IMG/VR virus record: IMGVR_UViG_3300032081_000235
Location: 1 to 32,240 of that record
Strand: one strand, 5' to 3'
Source: a virus
Taxonomy: Duplodnaviria; Caudoviricetes
Length of the DNA stretch: 32,240 bases
The translations under genes were made by a program, and so were the position numbers. The notes beneath the pieces are model-generated. The model ran no database searches, had not been told where the DNA came from, and saw nothing but the letters and a program-made list of their open reading frames with translations. This document shows, one piece after another, positions 25,356-32,240 of this stretch. Position 1 is the stretch's first letter, and each line of letters opens with the position of its first letter.

Positions 25356-26827
25356 TGGCTGAACCAATGAATCCTGTTTTACAGGCTTTAGACAGAAGAG
25401 AAGTTATTTCTGATCCTGCGGTAAGAGAATTATATTTTGGCTCTACTGATACGCCAGGTTTAATTAATCAAGCGACAAGAGCCGCTCAACAAGCTTATCT
25501 AGATCAACCTGCCATCTTACAAGAAACAGCAGGATTATCAGCGCAAGAGCAACAAGCAAGACAGTTAGCCCAACAAGGTATTGGCTCTTATCAACCCTTT
25601 TTAGATAGGCAGCAAAGTTTAATCCAACAAGGCATATCTGACTTAGGTACGCAAAGAGGTTTATTAGATGAGTCTTTAGGTGGCTATAGATCTGCTTACG
25701 GCATGCAACAACCTTACTTTGGACAAGCCGAACAACAATTAGGTTCAGGGCTTGGCGGTCTTTTTGGTAGTTTAGGTTTTGGCGGCCCATCAGCCAGACA
25801 GCTTCTTGGTCAATCTTTACGTGGTTACGATCCAAGAATGGCAGGCCAGTTCTACAATCCATTTGAACAACAAGTGGTTAACCAAACAATTCAAGACGTT
25901 TTAAAAGCTGGAGAAATGCAGGACATCCAACAAAGGGCATCCGATATTTCTCGAGGTGGGGAATCAGCGTTTGGTTCAAGAGCTAGGTTAACAGCGCAAG
26001 AAAGACAAGAATCTTTAGGTAGAGGTCTAGGCGACGTATTAAGCAAAATTAGATCTGGCGGATTTAATACTGCTCAAGAAAGGGCGTTACAAGAATTACA
26101 AAATCAAAGATCAGCAGCTCAAAGGGGATCTCAGCTAGAGGCTGGTTTTGGAGCGCAAGGATCTGAAGCTCAAAGACAATATGCTCAAGACTTGCTTGGT
26201 TTGGGTCAAGGCAGATCTGCTGCGGCAAGACAGCTGGCTGGAGATATCTCTGGCGTAGGTACTGGGATTGCTGGAATAGGAGCTAACTTAGCAGGATATG
26301 GTTCTCAATTAGGAGATCTAGGCGCAACGCAACAACGACTAAGAGGCGCAGATATTGGTATGTTAGAAGGCCTTGGAGGTGTTAATAGAGGAATTGAGCA
26401 GCAAAGACTAGACAGACAATATGCTCAGCAACAGGCTACAAGAATGGCTCCAACTCAAGCTGCATCTTACATACAAGGCTTTGCTCCTGCATATCAATCA
26501 GGACAAACCCAAGTTGATAAAACATATGGCTTACCTGTTGATCCAAGAAATGCAGCACTTGCAGCTGGTTTAGGGGTTTACAATACTTTTAGACCGCAAC
26601 AGCAGCAATATCAACCAAATCCAGCAGATCAGGCAAAAGCGGATTATTACCGAAGCTTGATTCCAACAGGAGGCACAGTACCTCCCGCTCCTGCGACATA
26701 TCAAACTCCACAACCACCAGCAGGACCTCAAGCCAGCGGAGCTGGTTTTGTTCCAGGTGTAGGCCAAGGATATGCGCCTCCAGGAACAGATTCTAATTAC
26801 TATAACCAGTTTGGAGTAGGACCTTAA
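25355..26827 (+). CDS. Probable DNA-ejection protein, Gln/Gly/Ala-rich
   Basis: FYNPFEQQVV and AFGSRA motifs, long helical Q/G-rich body; TAATG coupling. Confidence 0.6.
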   Translation: MAEPMNPVLQALDRREVISDPAVRELYFGSTDTPGLINQATRAAQQAYLDQPAILQETAGLSAQEQQARQLAQQGIGSYQPFLDRQQSLIQQGISDLGTQRGLLDESLGGYRSAYGMQQPYFGQAEQQLGSGLGGLFGSLGFGGPSARQLLGQSLRGYDPRMAGQFYNPFEQQVVNQTIQDVLKAGEMQDIQQRASDISRGGESAFGSRARLTAQERQESLGRGLGDVLSKIRSGGFNTAQERALQELQNQRSAAQRGSQLEAGFGAQGSEAQRQYAQDLLGLGQGRSAAARQLAGDISGVGTGIAGIGANLAGYGSQLGDLGATQQRLRGADIGMLEGLGGVNRGIEQQRLDRQYAQQQATRMAPTQAASYIQGFAPAYQSGQTQVDKTYGLPVDPRNAALAAGLGVYNTFRPQQQQYQPNPADQAKADYYRSLIPTGGTVPPAPATYQTPQPPAGPQASGAGFVPGVGQGYAPPGTDSNYYNQFGVGP

Positions 26828-26828
26828 A

Positions 26829-28184
26829 GTGAATGTATTACAACGAAGAATGTTTGCAGCTGGAGATGTGGCTCAACAAATTCCACAGGAAGTTATTGAT
26901 TATGCTGCTAAATTAGGAATCAATACAACAGGTTTAAATGCAGATCAAATAAGAGCGCAACTGCAAAGAGAGATTGATAAAATAAACCAAGCGGAAAAAC
27001 CTGGTTTAGTAGGAGGAAAAGGAAGTCTTCTTTTTGATTATACAGATCCTATAGATTACGGAATTGCAGCATTAGGCATAACTGGAATTGGCCTGCCTGC
27101 TGCTAGTTATCTTAAAAGTTTAAATGTTGGTAGAAAACTTTACAAAGCTGCAAAAACTCCATTAGGAGCGGCAACTGGTTTAGTAGGAGCAGACTTGTTA
27201 TTAGATAATGATGAACTAGCTCAAGAAGAAATACCTGTATCCATACAGGAAGCCTTAGAGTCTGTTCAAACTAAATCTTCTCCATCTTCAACAACAAGCA
27301 AAGATCCAAAGGTTGTTAAAAAAAATAACGAAGAAAAAACAAAAAAAGAAATTGAATCTATAAACTCTATTTTAGAAGCATATGATCTAAAAGATAAACA
27401 AAACAGAGAAGTTTTTATACAAAAAAGACAAGAAAGAAAAAATAGAAATATAGGCATTTTTCTTAACGAGATGTCTAAGGCAGCCGCAGGAACAGACAAT
27501 CTTGCAGACGCCATTGCAATTGGAGCAGCTAATTCTTCAGATGCTGTAATGAAAGCAGATGACGCAGAAGCATTGTCACAAGAAGAATTTTTAAAGAAAC
27601 TAAGAGAGGAAAAAGAAAAAGGCGCTTTAAAAACAACTGATAAAAATGCAATTATAAAAGAATACAATAAAGCAGCTGGAGATGTAGAAGGCAACAATAT
27701 AATGCTTAATGAAATAAAAACTTTAAGACAACTTTTAGCTACAAATAATACAACTGGTTTACAAGGCTGGATGAATAGATTAGTTACAAGAGCCCAAGGT
27801 TTTACTGGAACAGACTTAGATTTAAATTCTGCTTCTAAAGCAGCAAATATTGGTAAGTTTCTTGAAGCAAGAATGGTTCAAGCTTTACTTGATGAAAAAG
27901 GAAAAACTATTTCAGATGCAGACAGAGCTTTAATTAAAGATTTATTAGGAAACATTCAAAAAGCAACATCAAGTAAAGCCGAAATAATAGATCTATTAAG
28001 GCTTACAGAGGCAACTTTAGCCAAATCTTCTACAGATGCAAGAAATTTAATAAACGTGTACGAAGCTGAATATATGGATGTATTTCCAAATTTAAGAATG
28101 TTAAAAAGAAATTTTAATACTGGCTCGGCTCCCGTTGATGAAGATGAGATAAGTATTGCGGATAGATCAGACGTTATAACATAA
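26829..28184 (+). CDS. Probable internal virion/ejection protein
   Basis: GTG start; MNVLQRRMF N-terminus; helical; position in the ejection cluster. Confidence 0.5.
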   Translation: MNVLQRRMFAAGDVAQQIPQEVIDYAAKLGINTTGLNADQIRAQLQREIDKINQAEKPGLVGGKGSLLFDYTDPIDYGIAALGITGIGLPAASYLKSLNVGRKLYKAAKTPLGAATGLVGADLLLDNDELAQEEIPVSIQEALESVQTKSSPSSTTSKDPKVVKKNNEEKTKKEIESINSILEAYDLKDKQNREVFIQKRQERKNRNIGIFLNEMSKAAAGTDNLADAIAIGAANSSDAVMKADDAEALSQEEFLKKLREEKEKGALKTTDKNAIIKEYNKAAGDVEGNNIMLNEIKTLRQLLATNNTTGLQGWMNRLVTRAQGFTGTDLDLNSASKAANIGKFLEARMVQALLDEKGKTISDADRALIKDLLGNIQKATSSKAEIIDLLRLTEATLAKSSTDARNLINVYEAEYMDVFPNLRMLKRNFNTGSAPVDEDEISIADRSDVIT

Positions 28185-31100
28185 TGGCTATAAAAGTAAG
28201 ACTTCCTAATGGTAGATATATTAAGGTAGATACCGAAGACCAAAACTATGCAAAAAATAGAGCTGTAGAATATTACAATTCTGGCGAAAGAGGATTTGTT
28301 GATGATAAAGCTAGAACAATGGCTTCAGATTCTGATTTAAAAAAATTTGATTATGAATCTGGTGTAAACGCTCCTTGGCTCAGAACTAAGCTAGGAGCAG
28401 CAGAAACTCAAGGTGAAAAAGAAATAATTTTAACTGAATCTGTTGGCGGCGATGGTTTTACCAGAAACAGCAAAGGAGATTTAGCCTTAACGCCTAGAGG
28501 CTTGAGAAAATTAGGAATAAATCCAAGATCAAACAAATACGTTGTTATTGATGAATCTGGTTTTTCTGCAAATGATTTTGCAGATTTTTCTGGAATTGTT
28601 GGACCGATTCTTGGATCTATTGCTGGATCTATATTTACCAGAGGCAAACTCAAACCAAAATTTCCTGGCCTTAAAGATGTAAGCGTTAAACAAATAGGTG
28701 CTATATCAGCTGGTACAGGCGTTGGAGCTGCTGGTGGTAAAGGTATTGAAGAAGGCATCGAATACGTAGCTGGATTACAAGACAACACGCCTGGCGAACT
28801 AGCAAGTCTATTAGCAACTGAAGCAGCTATCGGCGCAGGTGGAGAGGCTTTGTTTGGTTTAGGTGGAAAACTACTTAAATACACCTTTGGTCAAAAAGCT
28901 TTAAGTAAAGGCAAGTTAGGAGCTGAAGATTTAAAGATGGCATCTGCTATTTCTAAAACTGGAGTGGTAGATTCTAAAACAGGAAAAAGATACAAAGGTG
29001 CTGTAGCACTAGCGGCGATGGACAGTCCTTTAACTGGTTTGTTGCAAGGGATTGCAGAGACTGTATCTAAGTATCAAGGCAGAAAAATAGGCGTAAGAAA
29101 TGTTTTGGCAACGGATGTTAAAAATGTTTTTAGATCAACCAACGATTTAACAGCTGGGTTTGATAAAGAAATAGACGATCTTATAAAAACTGGTTTTGGC
29201 GACAGCGCCGCAGATGTTGCTGCTGGTAAAAAACTCAGCGCATCAATTTCAAGAAAATTTAGAGAAAGCCAAAAAAAATTAAATACGGCTAACAGCAACG
29301 TCAGAAAAATGATGGATGATGTGTTAGGAGATTTTGACGCTTTTGCAGAATCCGCTACAACTCAAGCTGGAGAAGAAATAAGAATTTTAACAGCTCAAGG
29401 TTACAACGCTTGGTATGACGCTCAAAGCAAACTGTATGAGTCTACTGGTAAGTTTTTTGAAATACCAAGAAATCTATCAGATGATATTTTATCTTTTGAA
29501 GCTTTTGGCGGTCCAGGACTTGGCATACAAGCAAAGTTTATTGACTCAACCCCTTTAAAAGAATATATAAGAATTATTGCTGGAGATGCATTAGATGCTT
29601 CAGGAAAATTAAATGTAGACAAAGCTGGCGCTCAGTTAGCAGACTTGCAAAAACTATTAGATAAAACTAGCGCAAATTTAAGTTTAAAAGAATTGCTAGA
29701 GCTAAGAAGCGGACTAGCATCTGCTAATAGAATTACAGAATCTTCCAAAGAGTTTGCTTCTATTGGTTCTACTGACAGAAGCAAGCTTATCAGCATTATA
29801 GATGAAAGTTTAAGAAGATTAGAAGATGGGGATGATATTGCTTTTAATCAGTTGCAACAATTTTTTAAACAAAGCAGGGAAGAATCAATACAAGGAATAG
29901 AAAAAAATATATTAAAAATAGAAAACTTAAATGAAGTTTCTAATAAAAATATTTACGAACTAATACAAGACGTTGCTAGCCCATCACGATCAAACCAAAC
30001 TAATCAAAACCTTCTAAAAGAACTTTTACAAAATCAACCAGAAGAAATATCAAAAGAGTTAGGCGCATTAAGATCTTCTTTAACAAAAGCAGAAACAGAG
30101 CTGGTAAAAATAATAGAAGATCAAAATAAATATACAGATTTAGTTAGCAGAGAGTTTGAGCTTACTACTTTTGCAAACCAACAAAACAGACGTTTGCTTG
30201 AAGAAACTGAAATTGCGAGAAGAGCAAAAGTTGAAGAAATAGAAAATATTAAAAACGATTTTAATCAAATTCAAAACAGGTTTGATTTTGTATCTTTAAA
30301 ACAAATAGCAAAAAAAGAAGCAGATGCACTTCAAAGAGAGAATGATTATTACAACAAAGTTATTGACGATATAACCGAAAACAAAAAAATAGATCCTAGA
30401 AAATTACAGGCTCAAATGCAGTCTATTAGAATTGCAAATGATTTTTATTCAAAAGGCATGGAAGCGTTTGACCAAGGTTTGTATAAAGATCTTTTGAATG
30501 ATGTGGCAGCAGGCGGGCTAAATATAGATAAAATATTAACTCAAGTAGTTTTAAAGAAAAACAACGGCGAGAATGTTAAAAGATTGCTTGATACTTTAGA
30601 TGTAGATACAGCAGCATTTAGAAAACAAAGATTTGAAGGTTCTGGTAGAGTTGATAGATCAAAAGCTCCAACAAGAAGCGCTTTAGAGTTTAGCGATACG
30701 CAAAGAAAAATATTGGCAGATGCAGAAATAGACGTAAAAGATCCAGTATTTAAAAACAAAGAACAAGTTAAAGGTGTGCTGCAAAAAGAATTTTTAAGAG
30801 ACATTGTAACTAGAGTCCAGAAAGGCTCTGATATTGTTGATTATAAAAAAATAGCCAATACAATCGAAGGATATGGTACAACTGCTGATACTTTGTTCGG
30901 GCCTACTGGTAAAAGAGAATTAGTAAAATCTTTAAGAGAAGCAGATCAAATTGTAAATGTTGGTACTGTAGACGAGCTCGATGATTTACTTGCTAAAACT
31001 TCTAACGTAGATAACGTAATAGAAGATTTAAACTTTAAAACAGCGGCTCAGTCTGAGTTAGACGAAATAGCAAAAATAGATGTTTTTAAAAAAATACAAA

Positions 31101-31882
31101 ACGGAACAATTGATTCGGAAAATATAGTTAACACTTTGTTTAAATCTGGTAACTCAGAAGACATAGCAGCCGTAAAACAATTGCTAGGACCAGAATCAGT
31201 TGAGTTTAAAGAGTTTCAAGCTGCGGCAATGAGAAAAATACTTAACCAGTATGTTAATCCAGGAGACGACGCAATTGAAAAATTATTTAAAGATGATGGC
31301 TTTTATAAAGCAATACTTTCTCCAGATGGATATGGTCAAGCAGTATTAAAAGAAACTTTTGGAGATGCTCAGTACGACTTATTAAAGAAAGCTGCAAGTA
31401 GATCTAAGTTTCTTGTTGGCGGAGAAAGAGCGGCTCAAGGCGGAGGTCTTTTTACTCAAGGGCTGCTTTTTAATATTATATTCAGACCTTTACAAGCACT
31501 GCCGCAATTTACAATATTAAGCAATTTATCTCGACTTTTAGGTTTGCCAGGTTTTGTAAAATGGCTGGCTGGAGAAATACCAGACAAAGTTTTTCTAAAA
31601 AATCAATTGCCAAGTTTGTATGAAGCTCTTGGCGTTGGTCAGCCAATCAGAAGAGCTGTAAGCACTCAATTACCGACAGATTTTTTAAGAGACACTTCAG
31701 AATATGGGCGAAGACAATTTGAAAATCAAGGAGTTGATCCAAAGTCTCCTATAGCTTTAGATCTACCAGAAATTGAACCTGCTAACTTGTCAGCTCAAAA
31801 TCAAACAACGCCAAGTTTAAATCTTTTAGGCGGTAATATGGCTAATATGGATATTGCTCAAAGATTAGCAAATTTAAGCTAA
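28184..31882 (+). CDS. Large internal virion/ejection protein
   Basis: 1232 aa, largely helical with a Gly/Ala-rich hydrophobic segment near the N-terminus; last gene of the late operon. Confidence 0.6.
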   Translation: MAIKVRLPNGRYIKVDTEDQNYAKNRAVEYYNSGERGFVDDKARTMASDSDLKKFDYESGVNAPWLRTKLGAAETQGEKEIILTESVGGDGFTRNSKGDLALTPRGLRKLGINPRSNKYVVIDESGFSANDFADFSGIVGPILGSIAGSIFTRGKLKPKFPGLKDVSVKQIGAISAGTGVGAAGGKGIEEGIEYVAGLQDNTPGELASLLATEAAIGAGGEALFGLGGKLLKYTFGQKALSKGKLGAEDLKMASAISKTGVVDSKTGKRYKGAVALAAMDSPLTGLLQGIAETVSKYQGRKIGVRNVLATDVKNVFRSTNDLTAGFDKEIDDLIKTGFGDSAADVAAGKKLSASISRKFRESQKKLNTANSNVRKMMDDVLGDFDAFAESATTQAGEEIRILTAQGYNAWYDAQSKLYESTGKFFEIPRNLSDDILSFEAFGGPGLGIQAKFIDSTPLKEYIRIIAGDALDASGKLNVDKAGAQLADLQKLLDKTSANLSLKELLELRSGLASANRITESSKEFASIGSTDRSKLISIIDESLRRLEDGDDIAFNQLQQFFKQSREESIQGIEKNILKIENLNEVSNKNIYELIQDVASPSRSNQTNQNLLKELLQNQPEEISKELGALRSSLTKAETELVKIIEDQNKYTDLVSREFELTTFANQQNRRLLEETEIARRAKVEEIENIKNDFNQIQNRFDFVSLKQIAKKEADALQRENDYYNKVIDDITENKKIDPRKLQAQMQSIRIANDFYSKGMEAFDQGLYKDLLNDVAAGGLNIDKILTQVVLKKNNGENVKRLLDTLDVDTAAFRKQRFEGSGRVDRSKAPTRSALEFSDTQRKILADAEIDVKDPVFKNKEQVKGVLQKEFLRDIVTRVQKGSDIVDYKKIANTIEGYGTTADTLFGPTGKRELVKSLREADQIVNVGTVDELDDLLAKTSNVDNVIEDLNFKTAAQSELDEIAKIDVFKKIQNGTIDSENIVNTLFKSGNSEDIAAVKQLLGPESVEFKEFQAAAMRKILNQYVNPGDDAIEKLFKDDGFYKAILSPDGYGQAVLKETFGDAQYDLLKKAASRSKFLVGGERAAQGGGLFTQGLLFNIIFRPLQALPQFTILSNLSRLLGLPGFVKWLAGEIPDKVFLKNQLPSLYEALGVGQPIRRAVSTQLPTDFLRDTSEYGRRQFENQGVDPKSPIALDLPEIEPANLSAQNQTTPSLNLLGGNMANMDIAQRLANLS

Positions 31883-32238
31883 CCCTTAATTAAATAAAGA
31901 TCCCAGTTATTTCTTAGCACTTCCAACCATTCTTCGATTGGCATAACTGTTACCTTGTCGTTATCTTCGTCCCACTCTGGATTAATTGCATATAAAGGTA
32001 CGCACACCCGAATAGGTTTACGATTGTATTTAAAAATTAAAACAGGGATACGGCCATCTGTTGCTTTACAGACTTGATCCCACCAACCCTGTTGATACCA
32101 ATCCCCTTCTTTATAAAACTTGCACTCTACAGCGTGATGAGGAATATTGATATCGCAAAGATCTTTAGATTGATATTGGTCTAGGTTACGTTTACAAACG
32201 TAGTCAATACCTTCAGATTCAAAAAACTCGTTTAATAT
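31879..32238 (-). CDS. PD-(D/E)XK nuclease, Holliday-junction-resolvase-like; 5'-truncated by the window edge (not in ORF track)
   Basis: Open frame ILNEFF...RNLDQYQSKDLCDINIPHHAVECKFY...WWDQVC...PVLIFKYNRKP...LIKG*; D...ECK catalytic motif. Confidence 0.75.
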   Translation of the reverse strand: MLNEFFESEGIDYVCKRNLDQYQSKDLCDINIPHHAVECKFYKEGDWYQQGWWDQVCKATDGRIPVLIFKYNRKPIRVCVPLYAINPEWDEDNDKVTVMPIEEWLEVLRNNWDLYLIKG

Positions 32239-32240
32239 TT

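Noticed and set aside
1414-30804. Numerous short minus-strand and alternative-frame ORFs in the supplied track (e.g. 8684-9010, 23180-23575, 27266-27697, 28408-28884)
   Set aside because: They lie within well-supported + strand genes, have no recognisable motifs and look like shadow frames.
1-32240. tRNA, rRNA, integrase, transposase, intron/intein or stop-codon recoding
   Set aside because: No such signatures seen; intergenic gaps are short and genes read intact in the standard code.

Overview
This window is the virion-morphogenesis half of an AT-rich tailed dsDNA phage genome with podovirus-like architecture. Its gene order recalls uncultured marine uvMED/pelagiphage-type podophages; the exact taxon and host cannot be fixed from the sequence. 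Nearly all genes are on the + strand and tightly coupled (many TAATG/ATGA overlaps). The order is: portal, GroES-like co-chaperonin, scaffold, major capsid and a strong terminator; an inserted DUF1289-like gene; a structured, pseudoknotted non-coding leader; a cluster of small very basic proteins; head-tail connectors; a tail fibre with an S74 chaperone domain; an AT-hook protein and SNase nuclease; a three-gene exported-protein module; holin and lysozyme; tail hub; and four probable ejection proteins. A convergent, truncated PD-(D/E)XK resolvase-like gene ends the window. The best leads are (1) a 32-aa C-terminal tag and a recurrent hydrophobic-x-x-GG motif shared between the small basic proteins and an ejection protein, a possible cargo-targeting or processing system, (2) the exported Asn/Thr-repeat + NIDO-like/acidic + TM-coiled-coil module next to the lysis genes, and (3) the pseudoknotted RNA element. 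Product calls come from motif recognition and synteny, not from database searches.
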